A stretch of 64,000 nt of DNA from Bdellovibrionales bacterium (GCA_965242515.1 OZ251448.1:163117-227116); one strand, 5' to 3'; shown: positions 35,133 to 43,498, counted from the stretch's first letter. Program-made: numbers and translations. The notes: a model not told the origin generated them from the letters alone.

Positions 35133-37676
35133 ATGAAATATTTACATTTAATATACTTAACATTGTTACTGTGGGGAGCTGGTATTTGTGTAGCAACAGC
35201 ACAGCCAAAAGCTACAACTGGTGAAAACAAACCACCAGAGCTTACTAATGCACAAAAGATTGAAAGGGCAAAAAAAGCAAAAGAGCAAGAAGGTTTGAAC
35301 ACATTAGCTACTGAGGTAGTTGATGAGGATGTTAAGCGAGATGCTGAAATACTTTCTGAAAAGGCTAAAGAGCTCTCACAAGAGGCTGAGCAAACGGAAC
35401 AAGCAAAAGATGATCTTACTAAAAAGGCTAAAGAGCTCTCACAAGAGGCTGAGCAAACGGAACAAGCAAAAGATGATCTTACTAAAAAGGCTAAAGAGCT
35501 CTCACAAGAGGCTGAGCAAACGGAACAAGTAAAAGACGATCTTACTAAAAAGGCTAAAGAGCTCTCACAAGAGGCTGAGCAAACGGAACAAGTAAAAGAC
35601 GATCTTACTAAAAAGACTAAAGAACTCTCACAGGGTACCAGAGATCTTTCTGAAGCAACACAAAAAATTTTAAAAGATGCAGAAGCCAAAGGAATGCCTC
35701 TTGATGAAAATATCAAAAAAGTTTTAGAGCAAGCAAAGGAGGTATCTAAGAAGGCAAAGGAGGTATCAGACACAGCTGATGATGCTGCTCAAAGTGTCAG
35801 TGAGGCATCTAGGAAGGTGAAGGAGGCATCAGACACAGCTGATGATGCTGCTCAAAGTGTCAGTGAGGCATCTAGGAAGGCGAAGGAGGCATCAGACACA
35901 GCTGATGATGCTGCTCAAAGTGTCAGTGAGGCATCTAATAAGGCAAAGGAGGTATCAGACACAGCTGATGATGCTGCTAAAGAAGCAGGAGAGCTTTCTA
36001 AACAAGCAGGAGAGCTTTCTGAACAAGCTGATGATGTATCTGAAAAAGTACAAGAAGATTCTACTTCACTAGACGAAACTCTTTCTGCATCATCTACTGA
36101 AGGTTTAAAAAAAATCTATCTTCGTAAAGAATGGGAAAAAAGAATTACTGCACTTAAACATGACTTAAAACTATTGAAAGAAAGGTTAGATACCATTTCC
36201 CCAGAGGTATTAGCAAATCCATTTAATGCTCTTTATTCTGAAAAAATAGATGTACAAATGGATGCATTAGCTGTGATTGTTTATTCTGACAAACAAGATC
36301 CTAGTTGGCATGTGCAATTAGCAGAATTTATTGAATCCTTGTCAGGAGATTCAAGCTCTGAGGGGCTTATAATACGCAATTTAGCTATTTTAGCTTTAAC
36401 TTGGTTTAAAACTCCTAACCCGGACATTCAACATGTATTAATAGATGTTATTTTAGAATATAAAGATGAAAATGAATATACAAAAAAAGTCACTGTTGAG
36501 ATTCCTAAAAGTGCTGCTTTTGCTTTAGGTTTTTCCCCCGTGCATGACGAGCAGGTAATAAATCAGCTAATAAAAATAGCTTTACAAAACCCTAATGCTT
36601 CTGTTCGTAGTTCTGCTATGTCTAGTTTAAGGTTTTTAGATGTAGATGATCCTAAATATTACAAAAAGTTAGAAAAGGGATTATCAGATCCGTTTGATTT
36701 AGTAAATACTTACACTGTCCAGCTTTTAGCTGGCGTATATGTGAATACAAAAGATGAGTGGGTGTTTCAGAAAATAATAAAAGCTCTTTCTAGCACAACA
36801 GTAAGTGTCAGAAAAATGGCTCTTAAAGCCCTTATTAAAATAAATTACATTATTCCTAATTTTGATGTTAAAAAAATTACACCCTATATTATAGATAGTT
36901 TAGAAGATTCTGACACAGGTATTAAATCTATTGCTATGTCTGCTGTTTCAAAACTACAATTAAATGATCTAAAAACCATTCGTACTGTGATGAAAGAGCT
37001 ACTTCAAACCACCAATGCAACACAAAATAAAGTATTATTTATTACCAGTTTAGGTGATTTACAAGTTAAAAGTAATTGGATTAATAATAACCTACTTACT
37101 TTTTTAGAAGATGCATCAGCTGAAATACGCATGGCGACAGTCAAAACATATAAAAAAATTAAACCAAAATCTTCTAAAATTCATATTAAATTAATTGATA
37201 GGCTATTGGATGCTGATCCAAAAATACAATGGGCAACTATTTGGGCTATTGACAGTATTCGCCCTACAAGTAACAAGTTTTATAATAAATTAGCTGATAA
37301 ATTATCTCAATTAGACCCATATATTCGGGTAGCTACTTTACAGTTTTTACAAAGAAGTAAGGTGAAAAATACAAAAATTACGACAGCTTTATCTCAATTA
37401 GTATCTAACAAAGAAGATCAACAACAAAACCCTGATGAAATAAGATTAGAAGCCCTTAAGGCTTTAAAGAATATGGACTGGTATAAAAGTACAAGTGAAG
37501 AAGTAGCAACAGAAGAACAAAAAAAAGATATAAAAAACGAATTAGTTAAAGCATTAGAAGACTCCAACCCAGAAGTAAGAAAAGCCGCAGCCAGTGCTTT
37601 AAACGAAGCAGGCGTATTGAGCCTTGAGCTTTTGAAATATAATGCATTATGTATTCTAGCTAATAAATGGTGTTAA
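35133..37676 (+). CDS. large secreted protein: coiled-coil 21-aa tandem repeats + C-terminal HEAT repeats
   Basis: 847 aa with a signal peptide (MKYLHLIYLTLLLWGAGICVATA/QP). There are two arrays of 21-aa repeats. The C-terminal ~500 aa contain HEAT-like units (DPKIQWATIWAIDSIRP, DPYIRVATLQFLQRS, DSNPEVRKAAASALNEAG). The protein ends ...NALCILANKWC. Confidence 0.85.
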   Translation: MKYLHLIYLTLLLWGAGICVATAQPKATTGENKPPELTNAQKIERAKKAKEQEGLNTLATEVVDEDVKRDAEILSEKAKELSQEAEQTEQAKDDLTKKAKELSQEAEQTEQAKDDLTKKAKELSQEAEQTEQVKDDLTKKAKELSQEAEQTEQVKDDLTKKTKELSQGTRDLSEATQKILKDAEAKGMPLDENIKKVLEQAKEVSKKAKEVSDTADDAAQSVSEASRKVKEASDTADDAAQSVSEASRKAKEASDTADDAAQSVSEASNKAKEVSDTADDAAKEAGELSKQAGELSEQADDVSEKVQEDSTSLDETLSASSTEGLKKIYLRKEWEKRITALKHDLKLLKERLDTISPEVLANPFNALYSEKIDVQMDALAVIVYSDKQDPSWHVQLAEFIESLSGDSSSEGLIIRNLAILALTWFKTPNPDIQHVLIDVILEYKDENEYTKKVTVEIPKSAAFALGFSPVHDEQVINQLIKIALQNPNASVRSSAMSSLRFLDVDDPKYYKKLEKGLSDPFDLVNTYTVQLLAGVYVNTKDEWVFQKIIKALSSTTVSVRKMALKALIKINYIIPNFDVKKITPYIIDSLEDSDTGIKSIAMSAVSKLQLNDLKTIRTVMKELLQTTNATQNKVLFITSLGDLQVKSNWINNNLLTFLEDASAEIRMATVKTYKKIKPKSSKIHIKLIDRLLDADPKIQWATIWAIDSIRPTSNKFYNKLADKLSQLDPYIRVATLQFLQRSKVKNTKITTALSQLVSNKEDQQQNPDEIRLEALKALKNMDWYKSTSEEVATEEQKKDIKNELVKALEDSNPEVRKAAASALNEAGVLSLELLKYNALCILANKWC
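35355..35640 (+). repeat. in-frame 63-nt tandem repeat array 1 (about 4.4 units)
   Basis: The GCTAAAGAGCTCTCACAAGAGGCTGAGCAAACGGAACAAG.AAAAGA.GATCTTACTAAAAAG unit starts at 35364, 35427, 35490 and 35553, with a degenerate copy at 35616. It encodes KAKELSQEAEQTEQ(A/V)KDDLTK. Confidence 0.95.
35733..35990 (+). repeat. in-frame 63-nt tandem repeat array 2 (about 4 units)
   Basis: TCAGACACAGCTGATGATGCTGCT... recurs at 35766, 35829, 35892 and 35955 and encodes SDTADDAAQSVSEASRK.KEA. It is followed by a 21-nt duplication (GGAGAGCTTTCT.AACAAGC x2) near 35988-36030. Confidence 0.95.
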
Positions 37677-37719
37677 ATATATTAATAAATTTAAAATGTT
37701 TAAAAAGGAGGCTATAAAA

Positions 37720-38679
37720 ATGTATTTTTTACAAGTATTTTTTACGAGTATTTTTTTCTTAGCAGTTTTATTTGGTCCATCAATAGGGCTTAGTTCTACA
37801 ACTACAACACAACAAGGAATGGCACGCCCTATTCTTTTAGATGAATTACAAAGCTTTGATATAGATGTAAGAAAAAGTGCCATTCGCTCTTTTCCCCTAT
37901 CTAAATTAAACAATAAAGAATATATAACCTTACTTGCTCAAATTTTATTAGAAGATAATGTTGCTGAAGTGCGTCAAGAAATGGCACTTTACCTTTTAAA
38001 TAACATAAACGAGCTAGCTATTACAGAAGAGTTATCTTCTATAATAGCTCAATCAGCCACTCGTAATACGGATAAAAAAACAAAAGAATTATCTTTAAAA
38101 CTAACAAAAGGACTAGGACAACCAAAGCTTGTTAATGAGTTATATAGTTCTGATGTAGATGTAAGAAAAAAAACTATTCGCTCTTTCCCTATATCTAAAT
38201 TAAAAGAAAAAAAATATGTAGACATATTAGCTCAGATTTTAACAGAAGATAGTGTTACTCCACTGCGTCGAGAAGTGGCACTTTACCTTTTAGCTCACAT
38301 CAACAAATTACCGAGTACAAATATTATACACACACTATCTACGCAAGCCATTCGCGATGCGGATAGTAGTGTAAGATCACTTGCTGTACAAGGGATAGCC
38401 TCTTTTCGCCCTAAGACTCAAAAGTTACAAAGCATGCAAACAAGTGCTTTATTAGAGGCTTTATCTGATAAGAATGAAGGGGTGCGTCTTCAAGCTATTT
38501 TAGGTTTAGGGCAAAATGCTCATGTTGCACAAAATGTCTCAGTTCGCCATAATTTACTTAACACAGCTCGTTATGATATAGATCCAAAAATAAGAGAACA
38601 GGCTGATACAGTTTTGATACAGCTTACTGGTGGCTCTTCTGTAAGACCCCTTTGTGAAAGGGTGTTTTCTCTTAAATAA
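37720..38679 (+). CDS. secreted HEAT-repeat protein with internal duplication
   Basis: The start is set at the second ATG (track frame 37696 + 24), preceded by AAGGAGG. The signal peptide is MYFLQVFFTSIFFLAVLFGPSIGLSS. There is a duplicated ~95-aa module (LDELQSFDIDVRKSAIRSFPLSKLNNKEYITLLAQILLED.. versus VNELYSSDVDVRKKTIRSFPISKLKEKKYVDILAQILTED..). The protein ends ...RPLCERVFSLK. Confidence 0.8.
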   Translation: MYFLQVFFTSIFFLAVLFGPSIGLSSTTTTQQGMARPILLDELQSFDIDVRKSAIRSFPLSKLNNKEYITLLAQILLEDNVAEVRQEMALYLLNNINELAITEELSSIIAQSATRNTDKKTKELSLKLTKGLGQPKLVNELYSSDVDVRKKTIRSFPISKLKEKKYVDILAQILTEDSVTPLRREVALYLLAHINKLPSTNIIHTLSTQAIRDADSSVRSLAVQGIASFRPKTQKLQSMQTSALLEALSDKNEGVRLQAILGLGQNAHVAQNVSVRHNLLNTARYDIDPKIREQADTVLIQLTGGSSVRPLCERVFSLK

Positions 38680-38751
38680 AAAAATATTTTTTTGTAGTTA
38701 TAAGAAAATTTACTTGGTTTAGGTGTTGTACTATAGTAAAGTAAGGGGGAT

Positions 38752-39279
38752 ATGATTTTTAAAACAATATTTACTCTATTTAAACTGGTATTTAAGCTAA
38801 TTTTATTGAAGGTAAAAAGGCTTTGTGCTTTGTTGCATGGTGCTTTGCCAAGCCGTGTCAAAAAAGTTAATGGTATGACTTTTGTAGAGATTTTGGTTGT
38901 TTTAACAATTATTGCAGGTATTGCTTCTTTAGGTATTACGAAGTATATGGCACAGTTAGATAAAGCTAAGGTGAAGCAGGCGAAGATTTTAATCACTCGT
39001 ATTGCCGAGGCTTTTGAGACTTTTTACATGGATTGTTCTTATTATCCTTCTACAGATGAAGGGTTATCGGCTTTAGTGCTAGCTCCGGAGCGTTGTGGTG
39101 AGGCATGGGGCCCGGAGCCTTATTTAAAAAACGGCAAAATCCCCAAAGACCCTTGGAAAAACGACTTTATCTACCGTTACGACACGACTACAGGTCGTTT
39201 TGAGATCCTGAGTTTAGGCAAAGGAGGGGTAGAAGGTGGTAAGGGTGTGTCGGCTGATATTTCTTCGCAAGAGATATAA
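38752..39279 (+). CDS. gspG: type II secretion major pseudopilin GspG
   Basis: Prepilin motif ..KKVNG/MTFVEILVVLTIIAGIASLG with Glu at +5. GspG-specific core YYPSTDEGLSALV...PYLKNGKIPKDPWKNDFIYRYD..GRFEILSLGKGGVEGG. The ATG at 38752 (GGGGGA Shine-Dalgarno upstream) gives a 41-aa leader; internal TTG starts at 38830, 38833 or 38845 would give 10-15 aa. Confidence 0.9.
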   Translation: MIFKTIFTLFKLVFKLILLKVKRLCALLHGALPSRVKKVNGMTFVEILVVLTIIAGIASLGITKYMAQLDKAKVKQAKILITRIAEAFETFYMDCSYYPSTDEGLSALVLAPERCGEAWGPEPYLKNGKIPKDPWKNDFIYRYDTTTGRFEILSLGKGGVEGGKGVSADISSQEI

Positions 39280-40021
39280 TAATATCTCCACCTGTTTTTC
39301 TCAAAGGTGGTGTTTTTTTTCTAATAGATTTATTAAGAACAACAAAGCTATGACCTTGTTAGAAATAGTGGTTGTTATGACCTTACTGGCTGGTTTTTTT
39401 ATTGTAGGTGTGCCTCTTATTAAAAAACGAGACAATGCGGTTAAACAAATGTTAAGGCGTATAACAGCCATTAATCGGCAGTTAGACAGTCAGGCTCGGC
39501 TGAAAGGAGTAACTTACAGGTTGGTATTTTCTATAGATTCTAAGGATAGTTCTTGGTGGGTAGAAAAAAAACAGACGCCCCAGCTTAAAAAAAAAATCTC
39601 TTCAGAAAATAATAACACCAGCGATAATACAAGTGATAATACCAGCGATAACACAAGTCCCACAGATGATGTATCAGATACATCTGATAGTCGCCATTTA
39701 GATCGGTTAGCAAGCTCTTCTGCTATGGATCAAGTTCGGCAAGAGTTATTGGAAGGTAACCTTAAAGCTCGCATCTTTAAAAAAGACACAAGCATTTTAA
39801 AAAAAGCACAAACTTTACCTTTGGGCTTGGTTTTTGAAAGTGTATCTTTCAATAAAGGCAAAGATGTTGTTTCTCAGGGTTTAAGTTATATTTATTATAC
39901 TCCGGGTGGGCAGTTTAATAAAGTTTTGTTAAAAATAAAGGGGCGGAGCAGGTATTGGTCGTTATTATTTAATCGTTTAAACGGGGAGTTAGATATATTT
40001 CAGGAGAACAAACAATGGTAA
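39236..40021 (+). CDS. gspH: type II secretion minor pseudopilin, GspH-like
   Basis: Prepilin-like N-terminus ..KNNKA/MTLLEIVVVMTLLAGFFIVGVP with Glu at +5, in the position after gspG. An in-frame insert NNNTSDNTSDNTSDNTS comes from 12-nt repeats. The start is uncertain: ATG 39236 overlaps gspG by 44 nt, and ATG 39350 is the Met of MTLLE. Confidence 0.65.
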   Translation: MVRVCRLIFLRKRYNNISTCFSQRWCFFSNRFIKNNKAMTLLEIVVVMTLLAGFFIVGVPLIKKRDNAVKQMLRRITAINRQLDSQARLKGVTYRLVFSIDSKDSSWWVEKKQTPQLKKKISSENNNTSDNTSDNTSDNTSPTDDVSDTSDSRHLDRLASSSAMDQVRQELLEGNLKARIFKKDTSILKKAQTLPLGLVFESVSFNKGKDVVSQGLSYIYYTPGGQFNKVLLKIKGRSRYWSLLFNRLNGELDIFQENKQW

Positions 40022-40035
40022 CCATTAAATTAATT

Positions 40036-40108
40036 TTTTTACTATCATCATTTCTGCGTCAGTCGTCATTCCTGCGTCAGTCGTCATTCCTGCGTAGGCA
40101 GGAATCCA
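40036..40108. repeat. C-module repeat: 18-nt direct repeats + ATTCCTGC-GTAG-GCAGGAAT hairpin
   Basis: TCATTTCTGCGTCAGTC GTCATTCCTGCGTCAGTC GTCATTCCTGCGTAGGCAGGAATCCAG. A related double, inverted copy lies at 55835-55950. Confidence 0.8.
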
Positions 40109-40125
40109 GTAAGTGCAACTTTTTA

Positions 40126-40234
40126 AGTGAGAAAACCAAGTCAAAATCTTTGGACTGCGGTTTACCGCAAAGTGAAAGCCCAAGGCTACTACTTTGCGTT
40201 AAATCCGAACTCGTTTTGAATTGGTTTTCTCACT
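40126..40234. repeat. A-module palindromic (MITE/REP-like) element
   Basis: Terminal inverted repeats AGTGAGAAAACC (40126-40137) and GGTTTTCTCACT (40223-40234). The interior is nearly identical to that of 43386-43498 (..TTTGGACTGCGGTTTACCGCAAAGTG...GGCTACTACTTTGCGTTAAATCCGAACTCGTTTTGA..). Confidence 0.85.
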
Positions 40235-40332
40235 ATTTAAAGAGTTACATTTTTTTAGTAAAATTAATTAGTATAACATGAAACATACAATGATAAATAA
40301 AATTTACACTGGTTTATTACATGTTCTTTTTT

Positions 40333-40454
40333 GTAGAGAGAAAAACCATGCTCAAAACGAGTTCGGATTTGAACACAATGCGGAAAGCTCTAGGAGCTTT
40401 ACGCGTTGTGGCAAAACGCATGTCCGAGCTTTTGAGCTCGGTTTTTCCCTCTAC
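40333..40454. repeat. A-module palindromic element (opposite orientation)
   Basis: GTAGAGAGAAAAACC (40333-40347) and GGTTTTTCCCTCTAC (40440-40454). The interior reads CATGCTCAAAACGAGTTCGGATTTGAACACAATGCGGAAAGC...GAGCTTTTGAGCTCG. Confidence 0.85.
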
Positions 40455-40574
40455 AATGTTAGAGCAATAGATAAACATACAACCCTTGCCTATAACAAAA
40501 TTATCAGTGATTAATATTAGACAGAGCATATATTAAGTAATAATTTATGTTAAAAACAAAATAAAGGAAAGTGT

Positions 40575-41081
40575 ATGATGAAAGGTTTTACTTTGATTGA
40601 AATGATAGTGGCTTTAATGATCCTATCTAGCTCTGTTATACTACTTTCTCGCATGAAGTCAGGCAATAAAAACCGAATCGATAAATCCTATCACTATCAC
40701 AAAGCTGTGTTACTGCTAGAGCAAAAAATAACAGAGTTGGAGTTAGAATGGAGTAGTCAGAGTTTCGACTCTATTCCAACAGAACAAAAAGGGCAATTTA
40801 CAACGCAAAAGGATTTTTCATGGAGTGTGAAAACAAAACCTCTATCTATGCCTTCTGCGGAGGATATGTTTAAATCCTTAGGTGCTGATAGTGATATTGT
40901 GCTTTATATAATACGTACCACTTCAGAGTTTTTAACATCTTCTATTAAAGAGGTGAAAGTCACCGTGCATTATAATAAACATAAAAAGAAAAGCTCTTAC
41001 TCTCTTAGCACCTACATTGTGGACTACAGTAAAAATATACCATTTGCACAACTGCTTTTACAATTACAAAACAGCAATTAA
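40575..41081 (+). CDS. gspI: type II secretion minor pseudopilin GspI
   Basis: Canonical short leader and cleavage site MMKG/FTLIEMIVALMILSSS. It is 168 aa and sits in the position between the H-like and J-like genes. Confidence 0.75.
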   Translation: MMKGFTLIEMIVALMILSSSVILLSRMKSGNKNRIDKSYHYHKAVLLLEQKITELELEWSSQSFDSIPTEQKGQFTTQKDFSWSVKTKPLSMPSAEDMFKSLGADSDIVLYIIRTTSEFLTSSIKEVKVTVHYNKHKKKSSYSLSTYIVDYSKNIPFAQLLLQLQNSN

Positions 41082-41107
41082 TATATAGATTATATAATAG
41101 GTTATTT

Positions 41108-42019
41108 ATGAGGTTACAAAAGTATTGTTATTTTTTTAAAGGCAAGGTTATTTGTCAGATTATTTGCCAGATTATTTGTCAGGCTATTAGTAAGGTTTTT
41201 TTTAAAAGTACTTACAAGTCAAAAGCTTTTACTTTATTAGAAGTGATGATAGCTATGACTTTATTTTCTGTTATGGCGTTATTTTTAATGCGTATTACGG
41301 ATTCAGGGGTTAGGTATCAAAAAATTATTACAAAAAATGTTAAAAACATCCGAAGTATCAGGTCAGTATGGCAAGTTTTGAGACAAGATTTTTATAATGT
41401 TTTTTTAGTAAAAAATAAACATGTTTTACTCCATAGTGAGCTTATGAGATTAGCTCCAGATCGTAAAAACAATAACCTTTCACGAAGAGGAGTTCCCTCT
41501 CCTGAAGGTTTAGATGATTATGGGCGAAGTCGCAATGTTCCTAAAGAATCATCACCTAGACCTCCTACAAAACCTCCTTTAGTGGGGCAATTTAAAGGCA
41601 CTGATGAGCAGGTATATTTTACCACTTTATCTCATGGACACACGAGTGTTTTATCACCTCAAAGTGATAGTACTTTGGTGTTTTATTATTTAAAAGCTTG
41701 CCCTCATAAAGACACCAACAAAGCCCAGCGTTGTTTATGGCGAAAAAGTTTTTTGGATATAACTGCTGACCCTGAAAAGGCTGAAAATGGAACAGAGTTT
41801 TTGTTGTTAGAAAATGTTAACAAAATTAAGTTAGCCTACTTTAATATTTTAGATAACGAGTGGAAAAACCAGTGGCCCATGGGGGTGCAATCCAGTAACT
41901 TGTTACCTGTTGCGGTAAAAATTGTATTAGTTTTTCAAAACAAAAAAAAACAGATTGTTACTAAGCAGTTAATACTACCTATTCATAGGAACTACATTGC
42001 TTTACGGATGTTGAGGTAA
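41108..42019 (+). CDS. gspJ: type II secretion minor pseudopilin GspJ
   Basis: Prepilin motif ..YKSKA/FTLLEVMIAMTLFSVMALFL with Glu at +5, about 260 aa mature size, in the J position. The 40-aa N-terminal extension contains ICQIICQIICQA from 12-nt repeats, and there is no alternative ATG/GTG/TTG closer to the motif. Confidence 0.7.
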   Translation: MRLQKYCYFFKGKVICQIICQIICQAISKVFFKSTYKSKAFTLLEVMIAMTLFSVMALFLMRITDSGVRYQKIITKNVKNIRSIRSVWQVLRQDFYNVFLVKNKHVLLHSELMRLAPDRKNNNLSRRGVPSPEGLDDYGRSRNVPKESSPRPPTKPPLVGQFKGTDEQVYFTTLSHGHTSVLSPQSDSTLVFYYLKACPHKDTNKAQRCLWRKSFLDITADPEKAENGTEFLLLENVNKIKLAYFNILDNEWKNQWPMGVQSSNLLPVAVKIVLVFQNKKKQIVTKQLILPIHRNYIALRMLR

Positions 42020-42059
42020 AAATTACATGTTTAAAAGTTGTATTATAAACAATAGATAT

Positions 42060-43307
42060 ATGAAAAACCAAAAAGGGATGGCTATTATTATGGTACTCTC
42101 TACTTTGTTGTTTGTGTTTTTACTGATTCAAGAAACTGTGTTTGAAACACGAGTAGAACATGCTGTATCCAGTAAAGAGCTCCACGATTTACAAGCTTAC
42201 TATATGGCTAAAGCAGGTATGGAACTTAGTTTGTTAAGAATTCGAACTTACAACACACTAGCTGAAAAAATAACAGGTATGAAAGAGGCATTATTTATGC
42301 GACCTTATTTAGACTTAATGTGGCGACTTCCCTTTGGCTGGCCCCCTTTGTTAGTACCACTAGAGGAGGAGCAGGCAGAAGATGACTCACATTCAAGCAC
42401 AAAGCAAAAATCCCTTTTTAACAAGGGTGGCTATACCACTTTTTTACAAACCACAGGTGGGCGTATTGATGTCAATAATTTAAGCTCCCCTATCCCTCAA
42501 TTAAAAAAGTGGACTTATTTTATACTGTTTGCGTTAATTAAAAAATTACAAGATGAAAATAACACCCTTAAGGCTTTAACGGATTCAGATATTTCTAAAT
42601 TGTTAAATAATATCAGCGATTGGATAGATTTAGACTCGATGCAACAAACGGAAGCTGGTATTAGCACTTTGCCAGAAAACATTTTGTACGAGTTACCCAC
42701 TCGCCCCCTCAACCGCAAGCTGATTAACATGCAAGAGTTGTTACCTGTTAAAGGTATGACACATCAACTCTACCAAGCCCTAAAGCCTTTTATCACAGTT
42801 TTTGGAGAAAACACACTCAACCTGAATACTCTACCAGCACTGCTGATGCAAAGCTTGCACCCTGATTTAAATGCTCAAGTTACTCAAAGTATTACCGATA
42901 AAACGCATAAAATACTTAACCCCCTCATGCTGAATTGGGCTTTATTTACGCAAAGCATAAAAGCAGAAGGCTTAGGTCATATTGTGGAAGACTGGCAAAA
43001 CAACCCTCGCTTCATATTTGAAGCCACTGGAGATGATGGTAAAGTTGGGACTATGAAAAATTTTGTACATTTTAACTCACCGTATAATTTTAAAATTGTA
43101 AGTATCGGTCGTGCTGGTGGGAGTCAGAAAACGATTACGGCTATATATATAGACTGGAAGGGTTTATTTAAGCACACTCAAAAGCTATCAAATATATTGA
43201 GTAAAAGTAGCAGTAGCAAAAGGGGCAAGGGCAGGGGTAGTAACTTCAGTTCTCCTCCCTTAGAGTTAAATAATCCTTCAATAATTTACTGGAAAGTTAG
43301 CTCTTAA
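42060..43307 (+). CDS. gspK: type II secretion minor pseudopilin GspK
   Basis: The start is set at MKNQKG/MAIIMVLSTLLFVFLL. GspK-like features are present: no Glu at +5, GRIDVNNLS and NTLNLNTLPALLMQSL (NxNTA-type helix-hairpin motifs). Mature size is about 410 aa. Confidence 0.75.
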   Translation: MKNQKGMAIIMVLSTLLFVFLLIQETVFETRVEHAVSSKELHDLQAYYMAKAGMELSLLRIRTYNTLAEKITGMKEALFMRPYLDLMWRLPFGWPPLLVPLEEEQAEDDSHSSTKQKSLFNKGGYTTFLQTTGGRIDVNNLSSPIPQLKKWTYFILFALIKKLQDENNTLKALTDSDISKLLNNISDWIDLDSMQQTEAGISTLPENILYELPTRPLNRKLINMQELLPVKGMTHQLYQALKPFITVFGENTLNLNTLPALLMQSLHPDLNAQVTQSITDKTHKILNPLMLNWALFTQSIKAEGLGHIVEDWQNNPRFIFEATGDDGKVGTMKNFVHFNSPYNFKIVSIGRAGGSQKTITAIYIDWKGLFKHTQKLSNILSKSSSSKRGKGRGSNFSSPPLELNNPSIIYWKVSS

Positions 43308-43385
43308 GAGGGTAGTCTAGAGAGCAATAGGTGAAAATTTTAGAGGTACAGGTGAAAAAACTTAAAATTCAAAAGCTTTTTTCGC

Positions 43386-43498
43386 AGAGGGGAAAACCGA
43401 GCTCAAAAGCTTTGGACTGCGGTTTACCGCAAAGTGTTAGCCAAAGGCTACTACTTTGCGTTAAATCCGAACTCGTTTTGAGCATGGTTTTCCCCTCT
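43386..43498. repeat. A-module palindromic element
   Basis: AGAGGGGAAAACC (43386-43398) and GGTTTTCCCCTCT (43486-43498). It lies in the gspK-gspL spacer and is the source of the spurious ORF 43331..43573. Confidence 0.85.

Noticed and set aside
35093-35773. 226-aa Ser/Cys/Phe-rich ORF on the minus strand with its own internal repeats
   Set aside because: It is the antisense read-through of the 63-nt tandem arrays of the + strand gene 35133..37676. That + strand gene has a signal peptide, a Shine-Dalgarno (AAGGAG) and a long HEAT domain. The periodic antisense ORF is an artefact of repeat periodicity.
35355-35990. Regularly spaced repeats that could suggest a CRISPR array
   Set aside because: The repeats are contiguous (63-nt period with no unique spacers) and in frame within a long ORF. 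They encode heptad-compatible peptides, and no cas genes are nearby.
40015-40529. Three track ORFs (40015..40281 +, 40278..40514 +, 40317..40529 -) between gspH and gspI
   Set aside because: They are translations of the C- and A-module repeats (SSFLRQSSFLRRQESS; KSELVL..VF..). The same peptide strings recur wherever the repeats occur (43331..43573, 51532..51720). They have no ribosome-binding sites.
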